From Deltaproteobacteria bacterium (GTDB lineage: Bacteria > Myxococcota_A > UBA9160 > SMWR01): 64,000 bases of DNA. The position numbers and the translations under genes were made by a program. The stretch covers positions 32,128-96,127 of the forward strand of contig JAQBGU010000135.1 in NCBI GenBank assembly GCA_032128375.1. The letters run 5' to 3'. This document shows positions 39,048-49,270 of this stretch, in pieces. The notes beneath the pieces were generated by a model. It had not been told where the DNA came from, searched no databases, and worked only from the letters and a program-made list of their open reading frames with translations. Positions within the stretch are counted from its first letter, which is position 1, and every line of letters begins with the position of its first letter.

Positions 39048-40463
39048 TCAGCCGATTCGCTCGAGGGCGATCGGCAGTCCGTCGCGCGGTTTCGAGATCG
39101 GCGCCTCTTGTACCGGCATCCGATAGCCGCTGGGAACCGTCCAGCGGTACCTCAGCACCAGGTGGTGAATGATCATTCGAATCTGGCTCTCGGCGAAGCG
39201 TTTTCCGATACACATATGGGGCCCGCCCCCGAAAGGGATCCAGGAGTGGGTGTGTCGCTCGTGCTCGGCGCGTTCGGGTCCAAACCGGTCAGGATCAAAT
39301 CGATCGGGTGAAGACCACCATTGCTCCATCCGGTGCGTGTGGATCGGCGCAATCACGCACATCGTGCCGGCGGGAATCCTGTAACCCTCGAAGTCGAATC
39401 CGCGCGTGGCGATGCGCGGAATCACCGGAAGCGGCGGATACAGCCGGATCGTCTCGTAGATGGCGTGAGTCAGATCGCGAAGCTGCGTGAGTTGCTCGTA
39501 ACTCGGGTTCGGCGCGCCCAATGCGAGGCTCCGGTCGCGAATTCGCTGCTGCCACTCCGGATGAGAAGCCAGTTCGAAGACGAGCGAGGTCAAGGTGCTC
39601 GTCGTCGTGTCGTGGGCGGCCATCATCACAAACACCATGTGGTCGATGGCCTCCTGGTCCGCTAGACGTTCACCGTTTTCGGTCTGCGCGCGAGTCAACC
39701 GGCTGAACATGTCGTAGCCGTTGCCCTCGCGCTTCGTGGCGAGCCGTTTGCGCAGAAAGTCGACCATGAACCCGCGACCCTTCAGGCCGCGATAGAACTC
39801 GAGACCGGGGATCCGCAGCCGCACGCGCGACATCGACGCCGCCACCATGTCTTCGAACGCCGTGTTCATCTGCTGCGTGCCCGCGCCCGTTCGGCTGATC
39901 CGAGAGGCGTCGGCGGCAAGCGCATCGGTGCTGTCCAGCTCCGTGCCGACGAAGATCGCTGCCGCGAGGTTCAGCGTCAGTTCCTTGAACGCCGGAAACG
40001 CCAGCATGGGAGTCGGTCGTTCGCCCCAGCTCGCAAGGCCGTCTGCGACCGTCGGATTCATCTTCTCCACGTACTCGCGCAGGACCGGCCGCTTGAACGC
40101 TTCGTGAATCAGACTGCGGTGGTGCTTGTGATCGGAGCCGTCCTTCAACAGCAGTCCATTGGGGAAAATTTTCCCCATGATCTGGGTCCACGGACGCTGG
40201 GCCGAAAACAGGCCGTCGCGGTCGAGGAGTACCAGCCGATTTGCGTCCGGCCCGAACAAGTTGAGGAACTTGAACGGCCCGCCGATTTGTCGGACCACCG
40301 GTCCGAGCTCGCGATACTGGGCGTTCAGGCTCTCGCTCATGTTCATCCGGCCGCCACCTGAAACCAGCAGGGTCTTGAGCAGGCGGGTCAGCCCTGCGCG
40401 CGGGATTTCGTCGAACGAGCGCAGCGCAGCGCCCGACCCGAATGTCACCTGCCGAGCACTCAC
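39048..40463 (-). CDS. Cytochrome P450 (CYP136-like)
   Basis: MAAHDTT, ETIRLYPP, FDPDRF, PFGGGPHMCIG. Start estimated at GTG 40463. Confidence 0.92.
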   Translation of the reverse strand: MSARQVTFGSGAALRSFDEIPRAGLTRLLKTLLVSGGGRMNMSESLNAQYRELGPVVRQIGGPFKFLNLFGPDANRLVLLDRDGLFSAQRPWTQIMGKIFPNGLLLKDGSDHKHHRSLIHEAFKRPVLREYVEKMNPTVADGLASWGERPTPMLAFPAFKELTLNLAAAIFVGTELDSTDALAADASRISRTGAGTQQMNTAFEDMVAASMSRVRLRIPGLEFYRGLKGRGFMVDFLRKRLATKREGNGYDMFSRLTRAQTENGERLADQEAIDHMVFVMMAAHDTTTSTLTSLVFELASHPEWQQRIRDRSLALGAPNPSYEQLTQLRDLTHAIYETIRLYPPLPVIPRIATRGFDFEGYRIPAGTMCVIAPIHTHRMEQWWSSPDRFDPDRFGPERAEHERHTHSWIPFGGGPHMCIGKRFAESQIRMIIHHLVLRYRWTVPSGYRMPVQEAPISKPRDGLPIALERIG

Positions 40464-40585
40464 AAGGCCCCCCAATGCGAATTTCTTCGAGATCCCCGAT
40501 GCGCCGGATGCACGGGGCAATGTTGTAGCGAGAGCCGGCCTACGCCACGCCCGAGAAAGATACGAGAAGTTCGCAGATTGGCTGC

Positions 40586-42952
40586 CTACTGGCCTTCCGG
40601 ACGATCACCAATGATTCCATCGGCCTCCAGGGCTCGAATTTCCGCTTCCCCGAGCCCGAGCTCTGTGAGGATCTCCCGGTTGTGTTGACCCAGCGTTGGG
40701 GCCACGCGGCGCAGCCAGCTTTCCACGCTCGCATAACGAAACGGAACGGTTGGAATCGGATGTGTGCCGGCGATCGGGTGATCGAGCGTTTCATAAAAGC
40801 GCCGGGCGATGTGTTGTGGATGCTGGCTGGTGGTTCGCGGGTCGCGCACGATCGCGGCTGGAATTCCCGCGGCCACCAGCAGCGCGACGCTTTCGTCCCG
40901 ATCGCGCTTCGCGAACCAGTGCCGAAGTTCCGCATCAATCCGGTCGTGCGCAGCGCGGCGCGCGACGAGCGTATCGAGTGATTTCGACCAGGCGGGTTCT
41001 CCCAACTGCGCGCGCAAGGTGGTCCACTCGGAGTCGCGCTCGATCGACAAGGCGAGCCAGTGTTCGCGGCCCGGTTCGCTGCCGCGACATGCATACAGAC
41101 CCTGCGGTGCGGCGTATGGCGAGCGGTTGCCTTCGCGCTGCATCAAGTGGCCGTGCGCGGTGAATTCGATCAATTGCTCTGCTGCCGCATTCAGCGCGCC
41201 CTCGACCATCGCGACTTCGACGTGCACGCCGCGGCCCAGGCCGCGGCGCTCCGCCAGTGCTACCAGAAACGCAAACGCGCCGTGCATGCCGGCCAGCGGG
41301 TCGCAGGGGCCGCGCTGGATTCGGGGTTGATCGTCGCGGTGTCCGGTCACCCACGCCAGACCCGTCATCTGCTCCATGGTCTGCGCAAAACCGGTGTGGT
41401 CGCGCCAAGGGCCGTCGAGTCCGAATGCGGGCATGCGGACGAAGATCGTCTGCGGATTGGAGGCTTGGATGCGCTCCCAATTCACCCCGAAATTGTCGAG
41501 CACGCGCGGCGTGAAATTCTCGATCACCGCGTCCGCCGATTGGATCAACTGCTCCAGAATGGCCACGCCTCGCTCGTCGGTGAGGTTCAAGGTCAATCCG
41601 CGCTTGTTTGCGTTGGCCGATAGAAAAAACGCGCTGCATTCCCACCACTGTTCGACGGAGCCCGCGAGGATGCCTCCAGTGGTGCGCATCCCGTCGATGC
41701 GTTGAATCGACTCGATGTGAATGACCTCGGCACCGAGGCATCCGAGCATGTGGGTCGCCGACGGCCCCGCCCACCAGGCGGTCAGATCCAAAATTCGCAT
41801 TCCAGCCAGCGGTAGCTCGCGTGGGCCCGGCGCGTTCGCGGCCGGCCGTGCGCGCTTGGCGATCGAATTCGCGTGCTCGTCGAGCTTGGGTGCGCGGCGC
41901 GGTCGCGCGGGTCGCTGGCCATCCATCCGATACGGGGCTACCGGATGCAGGCATGGTCCCTGCGGTTCCGGCTGGAAAACGCCGCGGGCGATCAGCTGCT
42001 CGTGGCTTCGGACGGTGTCGCCATTGTTGACCGGTGCGACCGGAATCCGGAGCGAGGACGCGGCCCGCACGATCTGTTCCGTCGTGTGTTGTTGCGTGTA
42101 GCGGTGGACGATTTCGTTCCATTCGTCGAAGCGCGCAGCGCGGCCGCCCACCTTGAACAGTGCGGGATCGTCGCGCAGATCGGCGCGCTCGATCAACAAC
42201 AGGAAATCGGAAAACTGCTGCGCCGAGTTCGTGCAAAAACCTACGAAGCCATCCGCGGTCGGCTCGATCGACGGTGTTTCGGCGGACTGGATCGAGCCGA
42301 TCGGGTTCTCGACACCGAGTAGCCGAAAGGTCAGATCGAGATAATTGCTCGACGCGTAGGTCATCACTTCGAGCAACGAAAAATCGATCTGCTCTCCGTG
42401 CCCGGTCGCGCGGGCTCGATGAATCGCGGCCAGCGCCGCTACGGCTCCAAACGTCCCCCCCAACCATTCCGTGATGCGCCCACCCGCCTGGAACGGTTCG
42501 TGTCCGGGGATTCCTCGGCTCCCGATGGAGCCACTCTCGGCCTGCAGCGTGAATTCCGTGGCGGGTCGCTGACTCCACGGCCCGCTGCGGCCAAACGGCG
42601 TGATCGATAGCCGCACACCGGCTTCCGAGACCAGCGTTCCCAAAGTGTCGCTTTGCGATGAGCGAAAATCGTCGACCACCAGGTCACTCGAAGCGATCAA
42701 TTCTCGAACCCGTGGGGACTCCGGCGTCGCGACAAGCGATTGTTTCGACGCGTTCAAGAAGCGAAACAACGGGCCGTCTTCTTCTGGCGGCAGATGGGTG
42801 TCGCTGGCGGTCCAGCGCCGCAGTGGATCACCCGTGTCGGATTCGATCTTGATGACCTCGGCACCGGCGTCGGCGAGCAGTTTCGTACAGTAGGGTCCCG
42901 CGATCCCCGACGTGAAATCGATCACCCGCAGATCGCGCAGTCCGTGCTTCAC
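40586..42952 (-). CDS. Family III CoA-transferase, tandem two-domain (CaiB/BaiF)
   Basis: Two copies of L.GLR(V/I)ID...AGP....L..LGAEVI.IE, N..K; GTGA overlap with the upstream gene. Confidence 0.92.
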   Translation of the reverse strand: MKHGLRDLRVIDFTSGIAGPYCTKLLADAGAEVIKIESDTGDPLRRWTASDTHLPPEEDGPLFRFLNASKQSLVATPESPRVRELIASSDLVVDDFRSSQSDTLGTLVSEAGVRLSITPFGRSGPWSQRPATEFTLQAESGSIGSRGIPGHEPFQAGGRITEWLGGTFGAVAALAAIHRARATGHGEQIDFSLLEVMTYASSNYLDLTFRLLGVENPIGSIQSAETPSIEPTADGFVGFCTNSAQQFSDFLLLIERADLRDDPALFKVGGRAARFDEWNEIVHRYTQQHTTEQIVRAASSLRIPVAPVNNGDTVRSHEQLIARGVFQPEPQGPCLHPVAPYRMDGQRPARPRRAPKLDEHANSIAKRARPAANAPGPRELPLAGMRILDLTAWWAGPSATHMLGCLGAEVIHIESIQRIDGMRTTGGILAGSVEQWWECSAFFLSANANKRGLTLNLTDERGVAILEQLIQSADAVIENFTPRVLDNFGVNWERIQASNPQTIFVRMPAFGLDGPWRDHTGFAQTMEQMTGLAWVTGHRDDQPRIQRGPCDPLAGMHGAFAFLVALAERRGLGRGVHVEVAMVEGALNAAAEQLIEFTAHGHLMQREGNRSPYAAPQGLYACRGSEPGREHWLALSIERDSEWTTLRAQLGEPAWSKSLDTLVARRAAHDRIDAELRHWFAKRDRDESVALLVAAGIPAAIVRDPRTTSQHPQHIARRFYETLDHPIAGTHPIPTVPFRYASVESWLRRVAPTLGQHNREILTELGLGEAEIRALEADGIIGDRPEGQ

Positions 42953-44007
42953 GCGACTTCGTCGGCGATTTCGTCGATCAGGCCCCAGTCGAGGGCCGTC
43001 TTGGAATCGATTCGCGCCCCCGTCAGTGCCCACCACGCGGTGCGTTGTCGACCGATTCGCCGCGGGATGCTCGTCGTTCCGCCGGCTCCGGGGACCAACC
43101 CCATCGACACTTCTGGCAGTGCGAAAACCGTGTCAGGATGGGCGACGATACGGCTTGCAAATGCGGGCAGTTCGATTCCGGCGCCGATGCAAGCGCCGTG
43201 GACCTGGACGCGAACCCGCGCTGCGCACTCGGCCAGCAGTCGACCGACGTTTCGCGCGGACCGGATCGCGTGCGCGGTCGAAGGGTCCGGGAGCGTGCCG
43301 AACTCGTCGAGGTCACCCCCGCTGCAAAAAACGGCTCCGGCGCCCGACAGCACGACCTCTACGAGTGACGCGTCGGCCGTCGCCACCTCGAGGCCCTCGA
43401 CGAGTCCGTCGCGCATCTCGATCGAGAAGGCGTTGCGGCGCTCCGGCCGGTTCAGGGTCAGCGCCAGGCGATCGCCGTCGCGCTGCATCCGAACCGCGGG
43501 CTGCGGATTGCGAGCGCCGTCTGGTTCGGGGCTGGGCTTGGCGGGATGCGCGGCGCGATAGCGGGTGAGCCAGCCGCCGAACTCGGGACCGGACTGGAGC
43601 ATCGAATACACGAGCGATTCGGCGATCAGGCCCTTGTGGATGTCGAGTGCCTCGTTCATCCGAAGCAACTGCACGAGAGAAGCGGACGCCATCGGGGACC
43701 GCTCGATCCCGCTCAGCACCGTGTCTACTTGTGCGCGGTGGTTCAACACGACATCCAGATGGGGTGCGATTGCGCAGCCGCTCTGCGTGGCCGTTGCTGT
43801 GCCGATTCCGATGGTTGGACACGGCAACTGCGGTAGCGCATCGCAGGCAGTTTCGATCTCCGCTGCGCTGCACGTCGCGTCGCGGTGTGCCAGGTCAACG
43901 ACCAGCACGGCTTCTCCAGTCAGATGCGAAAACGCCTCGAGGGCGGCCGTGGTCTGAAGCCGGCTGACCATCTCCCGCGGATTCAAGAAGACAACGGTGC
44001 GGCTCAA
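42949..44007 (-). CDS. Enoyl-CoA hydratase/isomerase family with N-terminal extension
   Basis: LNRPERRNA, FCSGGDL, G.CIGAGIEL, LPEV.MGLVPGAGG; TTGA overlap with the upstream ligase. Confidence 0.9.
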   Translation of the reverse strand: MSRTVVFLNPREMVSRLQTTAALEAFSHLTGEAVLVVDLAHRDATCSAAEIETACDALPQLPCPTIGIGTATATQSGCAIAPHLDVVLNHRAQVDTVLSGIERSPMASASLVQLLRMNEALDIHKGLIAESLVYSMLQSGPEFGGWLTRYRAAHPAKPSPEPDGARNPQPAVRMQRDGDRLALTLNRPERRNAFSIEMRDGLVEGLEVATADASLVEVVLSGAGAVFCSGGDLDEFGTLPDPSTAHAIRSARNVGRLLAECAARVRVQVHGACIGAGIELPAFASRIVAHPDTVFALPEVSMGLVPGAGGTTSIPRRIGRQRTAWWALTGARIDSKTALDWGLIDEIADEVA

Positions 44008-45545
44008 TTCGCCTCCACCAGTTGTGCACGAACGACCCGACGCAGCAGCTTGCCGGTTTCGTTGTACGGAAGTTCTGAGACGAACTCGATACGCTGCGGG
44101 GTGCGAGAAGAGCGCAGTCGGTCTTTGACCCACGTCTGTAGCTCGCGTGTCAGCGCGTGCGCTGACTCCGGTGTCAGCTGCTCCGCGCCGGCCCTCGCGG
44201 CCGGTTGCAACACGATGACTGCGGCGACGGCTTCGCCCCATTGCTCGTCGGCAATACCCACCACCGCAGCGTCCGCCACCGAAGCGTGGCTGAGCAACAC
44301 ATCTTCGATTTCGCCGGGCGACAGGTTCTCGCCACCACGCACGATCACATCATCGACGCGGCCTTCCAGAAACAGGTAGCCCTCTGCGTCGAGTGAGCCC
44401 CCGTCGCGGGTCGGAAACCAGCCATCCGCTTCGAGCAGGCTGCCTTTCGAAAGGTACTCGCCCGAAACCTGTTCACCGCGGACGTAGATCTCACCGCTCT
44501 TGCCGGCTCCTACGACCTGGCCGCTTTCGTCGCGGATCTCGATTTCGACGCTCGGAAGTGCCTGCCCGACGGAAACCAGTCGTCGCCGCACCTGTGGGTC
44601 GTCGCTGGCAGCAGCAGCCCGATGGTCCTCCGGGCCAAGAACCGAGACTGTCGAACTGGTTTCGGTCAATCCGTAGGCATTGGTGAAATTCGTGTTTGGA
44701 AACAACTTCAGCGCGCGTTCGATCAATGCGAGTGGCATTTTGCCGCCGCCATACGAGATCGCGCGCAACTCCGGCAGATCGCCGCTGTCGTCGTCGTCGA
44801 GCGCCTCGATGATGCGCGCCAACATCGTGGGCACGACGAACGCGTTGGTGATTCTCTCCTTGCGCGCCAGATCCATCCAGCCTGTCGGAGAGAAGTTCGC
44901 AAGCTGCACGATGCGCCGCCCCGAATAGACCGAACTCGCAATCGCTGCCATCCCGGCGATGTGATACGGCGGAACGCATACGAGACCCGCGGCCTGTTCG
45001 TCGGCAGACATGAATTCGACGCTACCCAGGATGTAGGAGACCAGGTGTTTGTGACGCAACACGGCCGCCTTGGGTGCGCCCGTTGTGCCGCTGGTATACA
45101 GCAACACAGCGATCCCGTCCGGATCCATCGGCCATTCGCCGCTGGGGTCGGGCCCGTCGGCGGTGGATTCGCGGATGAACTCTTCGCGGCTTACGATGCT
45201 CAGACCCGGCAGATGCGAGAGTGCCTGCTTGCGCTCCGAATCGGTAATCAGCAGCGCGGGCGAGATTTCTCCGAGCAACCGCTCGAGCTCATCGCCGGTC
45301 AATCGGTAGTTGAGCGGAACGAACGGCACGCCCGCCCACGCGCTCGCGAACAGGCCGATCGGCACGGCCAGGCTGCTCACGTCGAGAACCGCCAGGCGCG
45401 TAGCCCCAGCCGATTGCACGCGCTGCGCGGCCAACCCTGCGGCGCGGAACAGCTCGGCGTAACTGAGCGATGCATCGGCGTTCTGCACAGCCACGCGTTC
45501 GCCGAAGCCCGACGAGGCCATCTCCAGGAGCATCATCAGATTCAT
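44004..45545 (-). CDS. Long-chain acyl-CoA ligase (class I adenylate-forming enzyme)
   Basis: YTSGTTGAPK, YGLTETS, TRDGG, GR.DD.I.RGGEN, TGKLLRR. Confidence 0.93.
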   Translation of the reverse strand: MNLMMLLEMASSGFGERVAVQNADASLSYAELFRAAGLAAQRVQSAGATRLAVLDVSSLAVPIGLFASAWAGVPFVPLNYRLTGDELERLLGEISPALLITDSERKQALSHLPGLSIVSREEFIRESTADGPDPSGEWPMDPDGIAVLLYTSGTTGAPKAAVLRHKHLVSYILGSVEFMSADEQAAGLVCVPPYHIAGMAAIASSVYSGRRIVQLANFSPTGWMDLARKERITNAFVVPTMLARIIEALDDDDSGDLPELRAISYGGGKMPLALIERALKLFPNTNFTNAYGLTETSSTVSVLGPEDHRAAAASDDPQVRRRLVSVGQALPSVEIEIRDESGQVVGAGKSGEIYVRGEQVSGEYLSKGSLLEADGWFPTRDGGSLDAEGYLFLEGRVDDVIVRGGENLSPGEIEDVLLSHASVADAAVVGIADEQWGEAVAAVIVLQPAARAGAEQLTPESAHALTRELQTWVKDRLRSSRTPQRIEFVSELPYNETGKLLRRVVRAQLVEAN

Positions 45546-45548
45546 GGG

Positions 45549-45857
45549 TCAGTCCGACGACGGCAGGGGCTTGGCTCCCTTGACGGTGAGTTCGGCGCCG
45601 GCCAGCGCAAGCGACCCGTCGCCCGGCTTGGTGCAGAGCAATTCGAGGTCACCCGCTTCGTTGACATAGCGTTTGCCGATCTGGTTCCCACCCTTGGCGC
45701 CGTCTGCGATTGCCGCGCCAGCGGGCGGCTCGGTGCCAAGCGGCAACATCGGCGCGCCGCCGCAAGTGAGAGCGACCTCTCCTTGGGGTGCGAGGATCAC
45801 CATCACTTCAGTGGTGCAAACGGCGCTTCGGATGCGCCCTCCAGCCTTCAGCTCCAT
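45549..45857 (-). CDS. Conserved small hypothetical protein (102 aa) with an internal duplication
   Basis: SAVCTTEVMV...LTCGGAPM and GKRY...ELLCTKPG.GSL; first gene of the ligase operon (3-nt gap). Confidence 0.8.
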   Translation of the reverse strand: MELKAGGRIRSAVCTTEVMVILAPQGEVALTCGGAPMLPLGTEPPAGAAIADGAKGGNQIGKRYVNEAGDLELLCTKPGDGSLALAGAELTVKGAKPLPSSD

Positions 45858-45918
45858 TTTTTGGACTTCCTTGTGTGGCAGGTGGTTGAGTGGTGTGAAC
45901 TTGGTACAGAATATCCCC

Positions 45919-47376
45919 ATGAGCCGCCGGCTATCGAGTCGCGAACCGCTTCAAGCATCGGGTAACGAAATGGGTTCAGTCGCCTACGCGCTCGAGCTGC
46001 TCGACGATATGGCTTCCAGCCGGACACCGCCCGAATTCGCGGAATCGGATCCCGCCGTCGCGTGGGCGACCTGCGGGGCAATGTCACTGACCGGAGCAGC
46101 GGAGGGTCCGCCCCGCTTGGCGCCGAACGGAATTCCGCGGGCCGTCGAAGGCGCATTTCGTGCGCTGATCGCGCTCTCGCAGCCGGGGACGCTCGCATCG
46201 TTCGACGCGCACGCACTGCTATCGGAGCGCGCCGCGCACTTCGGCGGCCGACGACGCGGGCGAACCTCGCCCGGAGGCAGTTGTCGGCTTCTGCGGTCGC
46301 GAGACGGCTGGATCGCGGTCAACCTGGCGCGCCCGGACGACGTGGCGCTGCTGCCCGCATGGTTCGAGGATGAGCTTGCGCCCGGCGCTGAAACGATGCT
46401 CGATGCTGCAGCGCGCAGCGGGGAGTCGGACGCCGAAGTCGTTTGGCGATATGTGACCCAGCGCGTCGCGCAACGAACCAGTCAGGAACTGGTCGATCGG
46501 GGACGGCTTCTGGGGATGCCGGTCGCGTCGGCGCGGTCCTGCATGTCGGCTTCGCAGGGCAGCTCGGGCTGGCGACGCATCCTCGCGGTCGGGCAGCCGA
46601 TCGAGCGGCCACCGGACGCAGCGCCGCGCGTGCTCGATCTGAGCTCGTTGTGGGCGGGACCTCTGTGCTCGCACCTGCTTGGAATCGGCGGCGCTGAGGT
46701 GATCAAGCTCGAAAGCCGCGAGCGCCCGGACGGCGCCCGCGAGGGGGCGCCGAGCTTCTTCGAACTGTTGAATGCGGGCAAGCAGAGCGTAGCGATCGAG
46801 TTCCGGTCCCAGCCGGGGCGCGAGCGGCTGCTCCAATTGATCGACTCTGCCGACATCGTCATCGAGAGTTCGCGCCCCCGAGCGCTCGCGCAAATCGGGA
46901 TCGATGCCGCCGACTGCGTCCGAGCCCGCCCGGGGCTCAGCTGGGTCAGCATCACCGGCTACGGGCGCGGCGAACCCCAGGGGAGTTGGGTCGCCGTCGG
47001 CGACGACGCCGGCGTAGCAGCCGGACTCTCGAGTGCGATCGCCGACGCCGACGGGCCGTTGTTTTGCGGCGATGCGATCGCGGATCCTCTCACCGGGCTG
47101 CATGCCGCAGTCGCAGCGTTGGGTTCGTTTCGTCACGGCGGAGGCCAGCTGATCGATCTCAACCTGTGCGACGTCGCGGCGTTTGCGCTGGCGGCGGGCC
47201 CCGGGTGTTCGGACGCGGCGCGGATCGAAGCCGACACGTGCGGCGCTTTCGATCTCGTAGTCGGCCGCGACCGCTACCCCATTTCACAGCCGAAGACGCG
47301 CCCAGCCGCCGGCCGGTCCGCAGCACTCGGAGCCGACAACGCGTCCGTATTCGAACGTCTGGATCGCGTTTGTTGA
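45919..47376 (+). CDS. Family III CoA-transferase (degenerate N-terminal half plus one full domain)
   Basis: RVLDLSSLWAGP, GAEVIKLES, LN.GKQSV, ADIVIESSRP, SITGYG, GDD, DPLTG. Start uncertain. Confidence 0.88.
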   Translation: MSRRLSSREPLQASGNEMGSVAYALELLDDMASSRTPPEFAESDPAVAWATCGAMSLTGAAEGPPRLAPNGIPRAVEGAFRALIALSQPGTLASFDAHALLSERAAHFGGRRRGRTSPGGSCRLLRSRDGWIAVNLARPDDVALLPAWFEDELAPGAETMLDAAARSGESDAEVVWRYVTQRVAQRTSQELVDRGRLLGMPVASARSCMSASQGSSGWRRILAVGQPIERPPDAAPRVLDLSSLWAGPLCSHLLGIGGAEVIKLESRERPDGAREGAPSFFELLNAGKQSVAIEFRSQPGRERLLQLIDSADIVIESSRPRALAQIGIDAADCVRARPGLSWVSITGYGRGEPQGSWVAVGDDAGVAAGLSSAIADADGPLFCGDAIADPLTGLHAAVAALGSFRHGGGQLIDLNLCDVAAFALAAGPGCSDAARIEADTCGAFDLVVGRDRYPISQPKTRPAAGRSAALGADNASVFERLDRVC

Positions 47377-48815
47377 TCATGGATGCCGAAATCGAGGGCA
47401 GGGCGCACGTCGCGCTTCGGACCGCTGCAGGCCGCATCGTCGAAATCGGACACTCGCTTCGGCCGCTGCCTGATGAAACGGTGATCGATGCGGCCGGGGG
47501 CGCGCTGCTACCCGGACTTCACGATCATCATATTCACTTACTCGCTCTAGCCGCTTTGGCGAACTCGGTCAGCTGCGGCCCACCGGCGGTCCACAGCGTC
47601 GATGCGCTCGGCCGCACCTTGTCGGCCGCCAGCACCGCTTCGGTCGAAAAGCGACCCGGTGACGACCGGGAACGAGGCGAGCGGGGAGCGAACTGGATCC
47701 GAGGGGTGGGCTACCACGAATCGGTGGCCGGCGTGCTCGACCGCGACCGACTCGACGTCTGGGTGCCGAGCCACCCGCTGCGCATCCAGCACCGAACCGG
47801 CGCGATGTGGATGCTGAACTCAGTCGGCGTTGGGCGGCTCGGGTTGGATGACGGCGTCGATCTGGCTGGCGTCGAGCGCGACGCGAATGGACGCGCCACC
47901 GGCCGTCTGTTCGACCTGGACGCGTGGATCCGAACCGCGCTGGGATCGGCCGTCATCCCCGGCCTGGGAGACGTCGGCAACCTGTTGGCCGGCTACGGGG
48001 TCACCGGCGTCACCGACGCGACGTCAACGAACTCGGCTGTGGAATGGGATGCGTTCGCGGATGCGGCCGAAAGCGGGCAGCTGCGCCAGCGTATTGTCGT
48101 CATGGGACAACCCGATCTGGCGGCTGGCTGCGGCGCTATTTCGCTCGGGGCGGTGAAAATCCTGCTGACAGAACGCAAGCTGATCGACTTCGACGCACTG
48201 GTAGCCTCAATCGGCGCTGCGCACGCAGCGGGGCGCAACGTTGCGATTCACTGTGTGACCCGGGCCGAGCTGGTCTTCGCGGTGGCCGCGCTTGACGCGG
48301 GTGGCGCGCGTCCCGGTGATCGCATCGAACACGCGTCGGTGGCCCCCCCGGATGTGATGGAACGACTCGCGCGAATGCCGTTGACCGTCGTGACCCAGCC
48401 GACTTTTCTGCGCGAACGGGGCGATCACTATGCAATCGATGTCGAGCCAGGCGATCGTCCCTGGTTGTACCGGGGCCGCGGGTTTCTGCGCATGGGGGTC
48501 CTGTTGGGTGGAGGAACTGACGCTCCGTACGGCAGCGCAGACCCCTGGCGCGCGATGGCGGCTGCCGTATCGCGACGAACACTTGGCGGACGCGTAATGG
48601 GCGAATCCGAGTGCTTGAGCCCGGAACAGGCTCTGGCGCTTTTCACGACCCCCGCCGAATCACCCGGCGGTACGCCGCGGAGGGTCGCGATTGGTGAGAG
48701 CGCAGACCTGTGTCTGCTCGACCGGAGCTGGGCAGAAGCCCGAGAAGTTTTGGACAGTGCGCTGGTGGCAGCGACAATCACTGATGGAACGCTGACGTTC
48801 CGGGCTGGAAGCTGA
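47370..48815 (+). CDS. Amidohydrolase (amidohydro_3/YtcJ-like)
   Basis: LLPGLHDHHIH, VAIHCV, RIEHAS, GTDAPYG, G..ADL.LLD; overlaps the upstream stop. Confidence 0.88.
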   Translation: MLIMDAEIEGRAHVALRTAAGRIVEIGHSLRPLPDETVIDAAGGALLPGLHDHHIHLLALAALANSVSCGPPAVHSVDALGRTLSAASTASVEKRPGDDRERGERGANWIRGVGYHESVAGVLDRDRLDVWVPSHPLRIQHRTGAMWMLNSVGVGRLGLDDGVDLAGVERDANGRATGRLFDLDAWIRTALGSAVIPGLGDVGNLLAGYGVTGVTDATSTNSAVEWDAFADAAESGQLRQRIVVMGQPDLAAGCGAISLGAVKILLTERKLIDFDALVASIGAAHAAGRNVAIHCVTRAELVFAVAALDAGGARPGDRIEHASVAPPDVMERLARMPLTVVTQPTFLRERGDHYAIDVEPGDRPWLYRGRGFLRMGVLLGGGTDAPYGSADPWRAMAAAVSRRTLGGRVMGESECLSPEQALALFTTPAESPGGTPRRVAIGESADLCLLDRSWAEAREVLDSALVAATITDGTLTFRAGS

Positions 48816-49103
48816 AGGCATTTCACGGGTGATCCGTCTGGCGTCCGATAGCGTCGGACGCGCAGTCAGGCGCTGCGACCCAAATTGCCCGTCTGAGTTT
48901 GGATTCCATCGCGAGCATGTCGTCACCGGGTCGTTGACTCGAGACGGCGAGGTTGGATCGAAGCGGCATTTTTCGCCACACCCGCATTTTTCCGCTTCGA
49001 TCTCGAGGTTCTTCCGGCGCCGGAAGTCCAAGAGAGCGGGGCCCGGCGCGAATCCGATCGTGCAGCCGATCGCCGAAGGCGAAGAAAGGCCTATCGATAG
49101 AGC

Positions 49104-49157
49104 GCGATGACTTTCGGCTTTGCAATGATTTTCGGCTCCGCAACGACTTCCGAACGA
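49104..49157. repeat. Degenerate tandem repeat, 18 nt x about 3 (GCGATGACTTTCGGCTTT / GCAATGATTTTCGGCTCC / GCAACGACTTCCG...)
   Basis: Read directly. Confidence 0.7.
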
Positions 49158-49270
49158 CTCGAAGAGGCCAGTGAGATCGCGACCACGGTCATTGCAAGTG
49201 CAAACTGGTGTCTGCGCTTTGCGCACGGTACTTTTCGCGGGTATCCCTTTGCGTCCATCGACCGGAGGCC

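Noticed and set aside
40935..45965. Long alternative-frame or antisense ORFs (e.g. 40935..42578, 44622..45965; likewise 35951..37054, 52979..54241)
   Set aside because: They overlap well-supported genes, are Arg/Ala/Pro-rich or antisense shadows typical of high-GC DNA, and carry no motifs.
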